A DNA stretch of 45,923 nucleotides from a virus (Duplodnaviria > Caudoviricetes), in the IMG/VR virus record IMGVR_UViG_3300028588_000788, positions 1-45,923 of that record; one strand, written 5' to 3'. The position numbers were made by a program, and so were the translations under genes. Shown one piece after another: positions 17,125-25,920 of the stretch (position 1 is the stretch's first letter; each line of letters opens with the position of its first letter). The notes under the pieces are model-generated. The model did no database searches. It saw only the letters and a list, made by a program, of their open reading frames with translations, and had not been told where the DNA came from.

Positions 17125-17680
17125 TCACTGCGTACCACATACCGAAGAGGCAAAGGCCAAGATGCGCGCCGCGCGCCTGGGCAAGCCGGCGCCCTGGAAG
17201 CAGCGCGAAACACGGGAGGTCGATGGGCAAGTCAGATTCCGCTGCGGGCGCTGCGGGTCGTTCTTCCCGAAAGAGGGGTTTTACAAGAGCGCCCGCACGG
17301 CCGTCGGCATCAAAAGTGAGTGCAAGGCATGTCACGGTGCGACAAATATCGCATCGAGGGATAAGGATCAGGCCAGGGAGTCGAACGCCGCGCACATGGC
17401 GCGCGCGCGAGTGAAAGACCCTGAAAAGTTCAGGGAGCGCGAACGCCTGGCGGCTCGCCGACGGCCAGTGGACGAGAAGGTCCGCGCGCGGCAACTGCTG
17501 AATGAGGCCGTGAGATCTGGCGCGATGATTCGCCCATCCGCTTGCTCTGATTGCAACCAGCCGAGCCGCGTGCATGGCCACCATGATGACTACTCGAAGC
17601 CGCTGCAGGTTCGCTGGCTGTGCGCCAGGTGTCACGCGAAAGAGCACCGGCGCATCGGGGTCGAACAGGTGCAGCCATGA
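17114..17680 (+). CDS. HNH endonuclease with NUMOD3-like motif
   Basis: HTEEAKAKMRAARLGK; CxxC pairs; HGHHDDYSKPL.V.WLC..CH..EH. Confidence 0.8.
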   Translation: MSANHCVPHTEEAKAKMRAARLGKPAPWKQRETREVDGQVRFRCGRCGSFFPKEGFYKSARTAVGIKSECKACHGATNIASRDKDQARESNAAHMARARVKDPEKFRERERLAARRRPVDEKVRARQLLNEAVRSGAMIRPSACSDCNQPSRVHGHHDDYSKPLQVRWLCARCHAKEHRRIGVEQVQP

Positions 17681-18237
17681 TGCGCAACTCGACACTCAAG
17701 CCCGGCAAGCCGCTCGAGCGCAAGACGCCGATGAAGTCCAACGGCTTTGCCCGGGCGGATCGCAAAGAGGCTCAGGCGGTCGCGAAGCTGCGCAAGGCAA
17801 TGCCGCCCGCCGCCCCTGCGTTCCCGCGAAACCGGGAATCGAAGCCGGCGAAGCTTGCCAAGCCGATGAAGTCGCGTGGGATGAAAGGCCGCCCACCGAC
17901 CGCCGAGGAGGCGCGCTTCATGGACAAGATGGGCAAGCTGCCGTGCATCGCCTGCCTGAAGGACGGCTGGACGAACCGCACGATCAGCCTGCACCACATC
18001 GACGGCCGCACGAAGCCGGGCGCGCACTTCCTGGTCCTGCCGCTGTGCGGCCCGCACCACCAGCAGGACGACACCGACCCGCGCGGCCGGATCAGCCTGC
18101 ACGGCCGCAAGGCGACCTTCCAGGCGCGCTACGGCACCGAGCGGGAGCTGCTGGCCGAGTGCATATCCATGATCAGAAATAGCGAGACCACGACGGTTGC
18201 AGCCGGCGCGGCCTCTGAACAAATCACCGTGGAGTAA
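17677..18237 (+). CDS. Ref-family recombination enhancement nuclease
   Basis: Basic N-terminus; PCIAC...LHHIDGRTKPGAH..VLPLC..HHQ...YGTE.ELL. Confidence 0.8.
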   Translation: MMRNSTLKPGKPLERKTPMKSNGFARADRKEAQAVAKLRKAMPPAAPAFPRNRESKPAKLAKPMKSRGMKGRPPTAEEARFMDKMGKLPCIACLKDGWTNRTISLHHIDGRTKPGAHFLVLPLCGPHHQQDDTDPRGRISLHGRKATFQARYGTERELLAECISMIRNSETTTVAAGAASEQITVE

Positions 18238-18239
18238 TT

Positions 18240-20858
18240 ATGTCTGGCAATATTTTACAAGAATACAACGCCTTCCTTCGCGCCAAGATCAAACTGGCCG
18301 CCGCCAAGGGCTTCGACGTTCCGCTCGAGCAGATCAACCCGGGCCTGAAGCCGCACACCCGCGACATCGTGCGGTGGGCACTGCAGGGCGGGCAGCGCGC
18401 GGTCTTCGCCTCGTTCGGCCTGCACAAGACCAGCACGAACCTCGAGGTAATGCGCCAGATCGGCATCCGCTTCCCCGAAATGTACCGCCTGATCGTGTTG
18501 CCGCTCGGCGTGCGCCAGGAGTTCGCGCGCGAGGTCGCGAAGCGCTTCACCGGCGACTATGCCGTCGACCTGAAATTCATTCGCTCGAATGAGGAAATCG
18601 GCGGACCCGGTACCGTCTACATGACGAACTACGAATCGGTGCGCGAGGGCAAGATCACGGTCGGCCGCTTCGGTGCCACCGCGCTGGACGAGGCGAGCAT
18701 CCTGCGCAGCTTCGGCAGCAAGACCTACCAGGAATTCTTGCCGATGTTCGACCAGGTCGAATTCAAGTTCGTGTTCACGGCTACGCCGAGCCCAAACCGC
18801 TTCAAGGAGCTGATCCACTACGCCGGCTTCCTGGGTGTGATGGACACCGGGCAGGCCTTGACCCGCTTCTTCCAGCGCGACAGCGAGAAGGCCGGCAACC
18901 TGACCCTGTACCCGCACAAGGAACAGGAATTCTGGCTGTGGGTCGCCAGCTGGGCGTGCTTCATCCGCCGGCCGAGCGACCTGGGCCATTCGGACGCCGG
19001 CTACGACCTGCCGCCGCTCGAGGTGCACTACCACGAGGTGCCGAGCGACTACGATGCGGCCGGCGCCGAGAAGAACGGCCAGGGCCTGCTCATCCCGAAC
19101 GTCGCCATGGGCCTCTCGGCCGCCGCCGGCGAGAAGCGGCAGAGCCTGGCCGCGCGCGTCGCCAAGGTGACCGAGATCGTGACCGCGGCGCCAGCGGACC
19201 ACTTCGTGATCTGGCACGACCTCGAGGACGAGCGGCACGCCATCCAGGCAGCGCTACCCGAGGCGGTGAGTGTGTGGGGTACGCAGGACCTGGACCAGCG
19301 GGAGCAGCGCATCGCCGGTTTCAGCGATGGCGAGTTCCGGATCCTATCGACCAAGCCGATCATCGCCGGATCCGGCTGCAACTTCCAGGTGCACTGCCAC
19401 CGCGCGATCTTCGCCGGCATCGGGTTCAAGTTCAACGACTTCATCCAGGCGATTCACCGCATCCAGCGCTTCCAGCAGTCACACCCGGTGCGCATCGACA
19501 TCATCCACACCGAGGTCGAGCGCGCGGTGCTGGCCGAGCTGCAGGAGAAATGGCGCCGGCACGACGAAATGCAGGAGAAGATGGGCGAGATCATCCGCTC
19601 GTACGGACTGGACCAGCTGTCGATGAAGGATTCGCTCGCGCGCACGATCGGCGTCGAGCGGCATGTCGTCAAAGGCGAGCGCTTCATGGTGGCCAACAAC
19701 GACTGCGTGCTGGAAGCGATCGAGCAGCCGGACAACTCGGTCGACCTGATCGCGACCAGCATCCCGTTCGCCAACCATTACGAGTACACCCCGAGCTACA
19801 ACGACTTCGGCCACACCCAGGACAACGGCCACTTCTGGGCGCAGATGGACTTCCTGACGCCGCAGCTGCGCCGGATCCTGAAGCCCGGCCGCATCTACGC
19901 CTGCCACGTCAAGGACCGGATCAACTTCGGCAACGTCACCGGCGCCGGCGTGCCGACCGTCAGCCCATTCCACGCCGAGGCGCTGTTCCACGGTATGAAG
20001 CACGGCTTCGACTACCTGGGCATGATCACGGTGGTGACCGACGTGGTGCGCGAGAACAACCAGACCTACCGCCTGGGCTACAGCGAGGTGTGCAAGGACG
20101 GCACGAAGATGGGTGTAGGCAGCCCGGAATACATCCTGCTGTTCCACAAACCGCAGACCGACCGCAGCCGCGGCTACGCCGACGAGCCGGTGACGAAGGC
20201 CAAGCCGCTGTGCCTGGGCGAGGACGGTACCGAAGTGCCGTTCGACCGCCGGCTGCCGCCGGTGCCCGGTACCGGCTACAGCGTCGCGCGCTGGCAGGTC
20301 GATGCGCACGCGTTCTGGCGCTCGAGCGGCGACCGGCTGCTGAGCGCCCAGGAGCTGGCCAGCTACGGCCCGGCCAAGCTGGCGAAGATGTTCACCGACC
20401 TGTCGCTGGCCAACGTCTACAACTACGAGTACCACGTCGCGGTCGGCGAGCAGATGCTGGCCAACAAGGCGCTGCCGGCCACCTACATGAGCCTGGCGCC
20501 CGGCAGCGCCGATCCGATGGTCTGGCACGACATCGTGCGCATGCGCACCCTGAACGGCGAGCAGTCGGCGCGCGCCGTCGAAAACCACGTCTGCCCGTTC
20601 CAGATCGACATCGTCGACCGCATCATCCAGCGCTACAGCAACCCGGGCGACGTGGTCTACGACCCGTTCTGCGGCCTGGGCACGGTGCCGGTGCGCGCGA
20701 TGAAGCTGGGCCGCCGCGGCGCCGGCTCGGAGCTGAATCCTGCCTACTTCGCCGACCAGGTGCACTACTGCCGGGCGATGGAGCGCGAGGTCAGCATGCC
20801 ATCGCTGTTCGACATGGAGGCGATGGATGCGGCGCAGCCGGAGCGGGAGGCGGCATGA
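18240..20858 (+). CDS. SNF2-like helicase fused to an N4/N6 DNA methyltransferase
   Basis: FASFGLHKT, LDEAS, TATPSPN and QAIHRIQRF helicase motifs; TSIPF (motif IV) and DPFCGLGT (motif I) in beta-class order. Confidence 0.9.
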   Translation: MSGNILQEYNAFLRAKIKLAAAKGFDVPLEQINPGLKPHTRDIVRWALQGGQRAVFASFGLHKTSTNLEVMRQIGIRFPEMYRLIVLPLGVRQEFAREVAKRFTGDYAVDLKFIRSNEEIGGPGTVYMTNYESVREGKITVGRFGATALDEASILRSFGSKTYQEFLPMFDQVEFKFVFTATPSPNRFKELIHYAGFLGVMDTGQALTRFFQRDSEKAGNLTLYPHKEQEFWLWVASWACFIRRPSDLGHSDAGYDLPPLEVHYHEVPSDYDAAGAEKNGQGLLIPNVAMGLSAAAGEKRQSLAARVAKVTEIVTAAPADHFVIWHDLEDERHAIQAALPEAVSVWGTQDLDQREQRIAGFSDGEFRILSTKPIIAGSGCNFQVHCHRAIFAGIGFKFNDFIQAIHRIQRFQQSHPVRIDIIHTEVERAVLAELQEKWRRHDEMQEKMGEIIRSYGLDQLSMKDSLARTIGVERHVVKGERFMVANNDCVLEAIEQPDNSVDLIATSIPFANHYEYTPSYNDFGHTQDNGHFWAQMDFLTPQLRRILKPGRIYACHVKDRINFGNVTGAGVPTVSPFHAEALFHGMKHGFDYLGMITVVTDVVRENNQTYRLGYSEVCKDGTKMGVGSPEYILLFHKPQTDRSRGYADEPVTKAKPLCLGEDGTEVPFDRRLPPVPGTGYSVARWQVDAHAFWRSSGDRLLSAQELASYGPAKLAKMFTDLSLANVYNYEYHVAVGEQMLANKALPATYMSLAPGSADPMVWHDIVRMRTLNGEQSARAVENHVCPFQIDIVDRIIQRYSNPGDVVYDPFCGLGTVPVRAMKLGRRGAGSELNPAYFADQVHYCRAMEREVSMPSLFDMEAMDAAQPEREAA

Positions 20859-21454
20859 CGATGCCCGGCCAGCGCACCGCGAAGCCGCCAGCCTCGCCCT
20901 ATGCCAATCTGGCGGCGGTCGAGCGCGCCGGCGTCACCAAGCATGGCAGTGCGGTCTGGCGCCTGGCCTGCACCTGCGGTCACATGCTGCAGGCGGACGC
21001 GCCGACGATCAAGCGCGGCGCCGCCCGCTGCCCGGACTGCAACCCGAGCTACGGCGACCTCGAGGCTCACCGGATCCTGGCCGTCCTGCCGGCGACCATG
21101 GACCAGATCGTCGAGCGCACAAGCATGACGCTGCAGCAGGTCCGGTACCGCCTCTCGGTGATGAAGTCGCAGTTGTGCCACATCGGGAAGTGGCGGCACG
21201 CTCGCGGGAGCGGCGCCTACCAGCCGGTGATCGTTGCCGGCCACGGCGAGGACGCACCGTGCACGCTGCACCGGCGGACCGGCGCCGAGGGCAATCGCAG
21301 GTATCGGCACCGCGTCCGCAAGGCAGTTGAGAAGGCGCTGGCCGGCGGTGCCGAGGATGTGCGCTACACCCGATACATCGGCATCGCCCGGGCGGGCATG
21401 ACGGCCGCGCAAACACGAATCGCGCCACAGACCTGGTTCTCGGCGCTGATGTAA
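20855..21454 (+). CDS. Hypothetical protein (Zn-finger and HTH-like)
   Basis: ATGA overlap with the MTase stop; CTCG...CPDC. Confidence 0.65.
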   Translation: MTMPGQRTAKPPASPYANLAAVERAGVTKHGSAVWRLACTCGHMLQADAPTIKRGAARCPDCNPSYGDLEAHRILAVLPATMDQIVERTSMTLQQVRYRLSVMKSQLCHIGKWRHARGSGAYQPVIVAGHGEDAPCTLHRRTGAEGNRRYRHRVRKAVEKALAGGAEDVRYTRYIGIARAGMTAAQTRIAPQTWFSALM

Positions 21455-21469
21455 TAGAAAGGAAACGAC

Positions 21470-22180
21470 ATGGGAAGCATGGTGAATTTGCAAAACGCCG
21501 CCGCGGCGCAGACGATGTCGAGCCGTGAAATCGCCGACATCTGCGAGGCGCGCCACAACGACGTGATCGCCTCAATCGAGCGCCTGATGAATGAAGGGGT
21601 TTTACGACTTGGTCGTAATACTGCACGGCAACACTTTCCGGAAGGTGGCGGTCGACCGACGATGGTCTACGACCTGGAGAAGCGCGACTGCCTGATCGTC
21701 GCGTCCGGATACAACCCGGTGCTGCGCGCCCGGATCATCGACCGCTGGATGGAGCTGGAGTTCGCCGCGCCGCGCCCGGTTGTCGAGATGTCCCGGCTCG
21801 AGGTGATCCAGTTGCTCTTGCAGACCGAAACCGAGCGCCTCGCCCTCGAGGGCAAGGTCGCTGCTGACGCGCCGAAGGTGGCGTTCGCGGAGGCTGTGCG
21901 GAAGATCGAGGGCACGTGCCACATCGGGAAAATCGCCAAGGCGCTCGGCTTCGGGCAAAACCGGTTCTTCAAACGCCTGAAGGCCGACGGCATCCTGCTC
22001 GACAACAATCTGCCGTATCAGAAGTATCTGGACCGCGGCTACTTCAGCGTGGTCGAGCAGGCGCCCTACACGGACAAGGACGGCGTAAAGCATCCGACCT
22101 TCACGACGATGGTGACGGGCGCCGGCCAGGTGTTCCTGGCGAAGCGCTACGCGAACATCGGGGAGGGCGGTCATGCGTGA
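21470..22180 (+). CDS. Rha / KilAC (ANT) phage regulatory-antirepressor protein
   Basis: TMSSREIA...H..V...GY...LRARIIDRW.ELE; APKVAFAE, IGKIAK, PYQKYLDRGYF, VTGAGQ. Confidence 0.9.
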   Translation: MGSMVNLQNAAAAQTMSSREIADICEARHNDVIASIERLMNEGVLRLGRNTARQHFPEGGGRPTMVYDLEKRDCLIVASGYNPVLRARIIDRWMELEFAAPRPVVEMSRLEVIQLLLQTETERLALEGKVAADAPKVAFAEAVRKIEGTCHIGKIAKALGFGQNRFFKRLKADGILLDNNLPYQKYLDRGYFSVVEQAPYTDKDGVKHPTFTTMVTGAGQVFLAKRYANIGEGGHA

Positions 22181-22847
22181 CTACTCCCCTCTGCGCGAAC
22201 TGATCGCCAACCGCGAAACGGTGCACATGAAGTCGTCGACGGTGGCCGAGATCCTCGACGAGCTGGAGGCGCTGCGCGCCGCCGCGGCGCCGGGAAAGAT
22301 GAAGCGCAACGACTACCCGTCCGCATTCGAGGAAGTGTGGCAGGCCTACCCGCAGCGACCGGGAGCGAACAAGCGCCTCACGTTCAAGGCGTGGTCGGCG
22401 CGCATCAAGGCCGGCACTACGGTCGAGGCGATGCTCATCGGCACGCGCGCATATGCGACCTATATTCAGGCGACCGGCCAGTACATCAAGTCGCCCGAGA
22501 CCTTCTTCGGACCCGGTGAGCACTATGACCTGGACTGGACGCCACCCGAGGTGGCCAAGAAGCCGGCCGGCGGCGGCGCCTGGTGGCTGAGCGACGCTAC
22601 CCGGCTGGCCAAAGCCAACGAAGTCGGCGTCGGCGCCGCGCACTACGGCGAGTCGACGCAGAGTTGGGATGCGCGCATCCGCGCCGCGATCGACAACGGC
22701 GGGAAGCCGCCGGCGCCGCAGGTGTTCGTCCGCCCGACGACGCCGGCCGCTGAGCCGATCCCGATCCAGGACCAGATCCGCCCGGCGAAAGAACGCGGCT
22801 TCCTGAAGCAGATGCTGAAGCAGGCACAGGAGAAATCAGCCGCATGA
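22173..22847 (+). CDS. Replication-protein C-terminal-domain-like protein
   Basis: FEEVWQAYP.R....K...FKAW...YIKSPETFFGP motif of phage replisome organizers; no N-terminal wHTH recognised. Confidence 0.6.
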   Translation: MRDYSPLRELIANRETVHMKSSTVAEILDELEALRAAAAPGKMKRNDYPSAFEEVWQAYPQRPGANKRLTFKAWSARIKAGTTVEAMLIGTRAYATYIQATGQYIKSPETFFGPGEHYDLDWTPPEVAKKPAGGGAWWLSDATRLAKANEVGVGAAHYGESTQSWDARIRAAIDNGGKPPAPQVFVRPTTPAAEPIPIQDQIRPAKERGFLKQMLKQAQEKSAA

Positions 22848-23116
22848 CCGACGAGATCAAGGACATCTGCGCCCTGTGCAAGCACTTCAAGATGAAAGCG
22901 CATCCAGAGCACGCCAAGGTTGGCCTCGGCCGATGTCACGGATACGACAACGACCCGGCCGTAAAGATCAAAAACCCGTTCACACCGTGGGGCACGAAGA
23001 AATGCGCAAGGTATGCGCAGGACTGGGCCGGCACCGCAGATCGCACGGCATGGGTCGAAAAACAGCGCACGAAGGCGCAAAACAACAACGCAGCACAACC
23101 CGAAACGAAAGGATGA
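22844..23116 (+). CDS. Small Cys-containing hypothetical protein
   Basis: CALCKHF...GRC...C; ATGA overlap. Confidence 0.65.
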   Translation: MTDEIKDICALCKHFKMKAHPEHAKVGLGRCHGYDNDPAVKIKNPFTPWGTKKCARYAQDWAGTADRTAWVEKQRTKAQNNNAAQPETKG

Positions 23117-23117
23117 T

Positions 23118-23495
23118 ATGGGCGATATGAAAGCAGCATCCGCCGGCGGCATCGGCGACATCAATAGCGACGCGAAGGGCAGCGGCGCCCGCTTCAACGC
23201 TGGCAAGCCGGACTTCTCCCTGATCCCGATGGGCACGCTCGAAGATGAGGCGCGCGTCTGGATGTACGGCCGTCAGAAGTACGCTGCCTGGAACTGGACC
23301 AAGGGCATGGCCTGGTCGGTGCCGTTCGCCTGCGCGATGCGCCACATGGCTGCCTGGCAGCGCGGCGAAGAGTGCGACCCCGAATCCGGCCTGCCGCACC
23401 TGGCGCACGCGATGTGCAACTTGCGCATGCTGACGCTGTACTCGAAGACCTTCCCGCAGGGCGATGATCGCCCGGTCAAGGAGCTGCAGCCATGA
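23118..23495 (+). CDS. dATP/dGTP diphosphohydrolase-domain protein (DUF5664-like)
   Basis: G.RFNAGKP.FSLIP, YG..KY..WNW.KG, RH..AW..GE..DPESGLPHLAHA.CN. Confidence 0.85.
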   Translation: MGDMKAASAGGIGDINSDAKGSGARFNAGKPDFSLIPMGTLEDEARVWMYGRQKYAAWNWTKGMAWSVPFACAMRHMAAWQRGEECDPESGLPHLAHAMCNLRMLTLYSKTFPQGDDRPVKELQP

Positions 23496-23746
23496 CCCAA
23501 ACCCGACTCGGCTCGTTTATCGAGGCCATCATCAACGTGATCATCGGCTTCGCGATCAACTACTGCGCGAACATGCTGATCTTCCCGCTGTTCGGCTTCC
23601 ACATCACGCCGGGCGCCAACTTCGCCATGGGTTGCATCTACACGGTGATCAGCGTGGTGCGCTCGTACGCGATCCGCCGCTGGTTCAACGCCCGGCTGCA
23701 TCGCCTGGCCGCAGCAGTCGCGGCAACGGTGGAGGCGCGCCGTTGA
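23492..23746 (+). CDS. Small membrane protein
   Basis: MTQTRLGSFIEAIINV.IG...S..RSY.IRRWF; two hydrophobic segments. Confidence 0.75.
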   Translation: MTQTRLGSFIEAIINVIIGFAINYCANMLIFPLFGFHITPGANFAMGCIYTVISVVRSYAIRRWFNARLHRLAAAVAATVEARR

Positions 23747-24144
23747 TCGTCATCGACCTGCCTTTCCCGAACCCGAAGCTGAACCCGAACCGCTCCAAGG
23801 GCGTGCACTGGGCTGCAACATCGGCACTGCGCAAGTCGGCGCGCACGGCCGCCTACACCGTGACCCGAGTGACGGCGCTCGGCACGCCCTGGTACTGCGT
23901 CGAGCGGCGCAAGAGCGACACGGTACCGCTGGTGATCACCTTCATCCAGCCGGACCGGCGCCACCGGGACCGCGACAACCTGCTGGCCGCCTGCAAGCCG
24001 GCGCTGGACGGCGTTGCCGAGGCCCTGGAAATTAACGACGCACAGTTCGACCCTGTGACGATCCGCAGGGAATACGGGCCGAAGCCGGGCGCGGTGCGCA
24101 TCGAGATCGGCACCCCAGTCGACCAGCAAGCGAAAGCGGCATAA
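23743..24144 (+). CDS. rusA: RusA-like Holliday junction resolvase
   Basis: LPFP...NPN; PDRRHRDRDNLLAACKPALDG..INDAQF; TTG start after GGAGG. Confidence 0.8.
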   Translation: MIVIDLPFPNPKLNPNRSKGVHWAATSALRKSARTAAYTVTRVTALGTPWYCVERRKSDTVPLVITFIQPDRRHRDRDNLLAACKPALDGVAEALEINDAQFDPVTIRREYGPKPGAVRIEIGTPVDQQAKAA

Positions 24145-24196
24145 GCCGGCGGCAAGCCGCGCGCCGACCTGCGCGGCACATTTATAAAGGGATGCC

Positions 24197-24709
24197 ATGG
24201 ATGCAGTCTTCGGATTGATAGCTGTTGCGGCCGCGCTGGTCATCGGCGCGGTCGTTCTGCGCGAGTATGCGCAGCGCGTAAAGCGGTTCCGCGAGCGCGA
24301 GGCTGAGTACGACGAAATGCGCGAGCGGATTAAGGGTGATCTAGCGCGCGGTCCGCGTCTACGCCCGGCGGCGCATCGTCCAGCGCCGCCACCGCCACCG
24401 CCGACCCGCTATGTGAATGACGCTCGACGCCCAACGGCCCGGCCAGCTCCGGCGGCGCGTCAGACGACGTCGAGTACGCAAGCGCGGGATGAGTCGACTT
24501 GGACAATGCCGGCGCCTTCGTACGACTACGACCTGCCGCGTTCGCACTCCAGCTCCCACGGCAATGCAGATCATGGTTCGCACTACGCGTTCAGCGGCGG
24601 TGGCGGCGGCTCGTTCGATGGCGGCGGCGCCTCCGGGGACTGGTCGTCGTCCAGCGATTCGTGCTCGTCCAGTTCGAGCGACAGCAGCTCAAGTTGTTCG
24701 TCGGATTGA
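24197..24709 (+). CDS. Membrane-anchored protein with Pro-rich linker and Gly/Ser-rich tail
   Basis: N-terminal TM helix; FSGGGGGSFDGGGASGDW plus Ser run. Confidence 0.7.
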   Translation: MDAVFGLIAVAAALVIGAVVLREYAQRVKRFREREAEYDEMRERIKGDLARGPRLRPAAHRPAPPPPPPTRYVNDARRPTARPAPAARQTTSSTQARDESTWTMPAPSYDYDLPRSHSSSHGNADHGSHYAFSGGGGGSFDGGGASGDWSSSSDSCSSSSSDSSSSCSSD

Positions 24710-24866
24710 GGCTGCCGACGCGCATGCACAGATACCGCATCTAGTGCATGCGCGTCGCATCGGCACTACAGGTTGCGATTTAGAAAACTTCGTGCAGGGC
24801 AATCTTTTTTGTTGTGAGTGGTAAACTTCTGGCAGCTGGAACTCAGCTATACCACTGGAGCCCACC

Positions 24867-25298
24867 ATGTCCTTCGCCATCGCCCTCGGCCTGCCTTCCG
24901 CAACAACCTTTCGTCGCGCCCCCAAGGAAAAGCCGGCGGCGAATCATGCATTCCATCAGGTCGATCCATATGCCCTTCTGTTGGCGTGCTGGGTCGACTA
25001 CATGCGAGTGCCTGATCTCCATCTGAGCGGTGGCGGCATGCGGCTGATTAGTGATGCTCCTCCGGATGCGACGGTAGGTGAGGCGCAGTACATTGCGGAC
25101 CTGAAGATGGGGGAGTCCGTCAATGCAATGGTCGACAGCTTGGCGGCGATTCACCGCTGGGCCATCTATAAAAGCCAGGGTATTAGCAGCGTCTGGCGAT
25201 TCCCGAATGCCAACTACGAAACGGTCCTGCTTGAGGCTCGCGACGAGCTTGAAAAAAAGTTGCGCAAACACGTTGCAACGCGGCTGTACTTTGCGTAA
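24867..25298 (+). CDS. Putative late antiterminator Q-like protein
   Basis: Last early gene; V.AMVDSL...HRWAI HTH-like C-terminus; followed by a terminator and a long leader. Confidence 0.6.
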   Translation: MSFAIALGLPSATTFRRAPKEKPAANHAFHQVDPYALLLACWVDYMRVPDLHLSGGGMRLISDAPPDATVGEAQYIADLKMGESVNAMVDSLAAIHRWAIYKSQGISSVWRFPNANYETVLLEARDELEKKLRKHVATRLYFA

Positions 25299-25331
25299 AC
25301 TGTGCCCATGCGTGTACTCGCACGTCTAAAG

Positions 25332-25364
25332 AAAAGCTCGAACCGTTAAACGTTCGGGCTTTTT
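25332..25364 (+). terminator. Rho-independent terminator (tR'-like)
   Basis: AGCTCGAAC-loop-GTTCGGGCT-TTTT. Confidence 0.75.
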
Positions 25365-25694
25365 GCGTTTACGGCCCACTTTGCGGATGGCTCTGGGGCT
25401 CGTAATGCACTCCAATCGGCCGTAAGGCCGGCTGTATATAGAACACGCGACCTGGCATCGGCCAGAACAGGCGAGCGCTACCCTTGCGCGCTAACGCAGC
25501 CGGACGCTGTCACCGGCACCCTCGAAGCGCAGCGGCCTGGCCCCGCTGCTTTGCACCAGTTTGGGAATTTCTTTGAGAGAAACCCTGCCTCATGGGAGCT
25601 TCGACGCCTCGCTGGCGTAACCAGCGACCACACTACCGCCGATTTCGCCGTGCGCGTTCGGCCCCATCTGGGATAGCCAAGAAAGAGGCGGCAG

Positions 25695-25810
25695 TGTGGT
25701 GAATGCGCATTAGCTGATGCGCGCTGTAACTTAAGACGCTGCCCGCACGATGGAGTGCGCGCTCAGTGTGAGGAGCGTTGCTGGATCAATAGCACCGGCC
25801 GCCACAACCC
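25695..25810 (+). ncRNA. tRNA-like structured RNA (non-canonical)
   Basis: 7-bp terminal stem, D-like and T-like arms, branched central domain; no TTC loop and no CCA. Confidence 0.4.
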
Positions 25811-25838
25811 TGTCTCTTCCAGTTGAAAGCTGGATTTC

Positions 25839-25874
25839 GCCGCCTGTCGCAGCAATGCGCCGGCGGCTTTTTTT
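25839..25874 (+). terminator. Rho-independent terminator
   Basis: GCCGCC...GGCGGC followed by T7. Confidence 0.7.
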
Positions 25875-25920
25875 ATTTGAGGCGCGCTTTAGTGCGGCCG
25901 GCCACCAATTGGAGTTATCC

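Noticed and set aside
18938-20854. 838-aa ORF overlapping the helicase-MTase
   Set aside because: Arg/Pro-rich off-frame shadow of GC-rich coding DNA; only the part from ATG 20855 looks like a real gene
25432-25447. Possible second SOS box CTGTATATAGAACACG
   Set aside because: The right half-site is not ACAG at N8 spacing
25380-25810. Canonical tRNA genes after Q
   Set aside because: No GTTCRA T-loop, standard anticodon arm or CCA end seen
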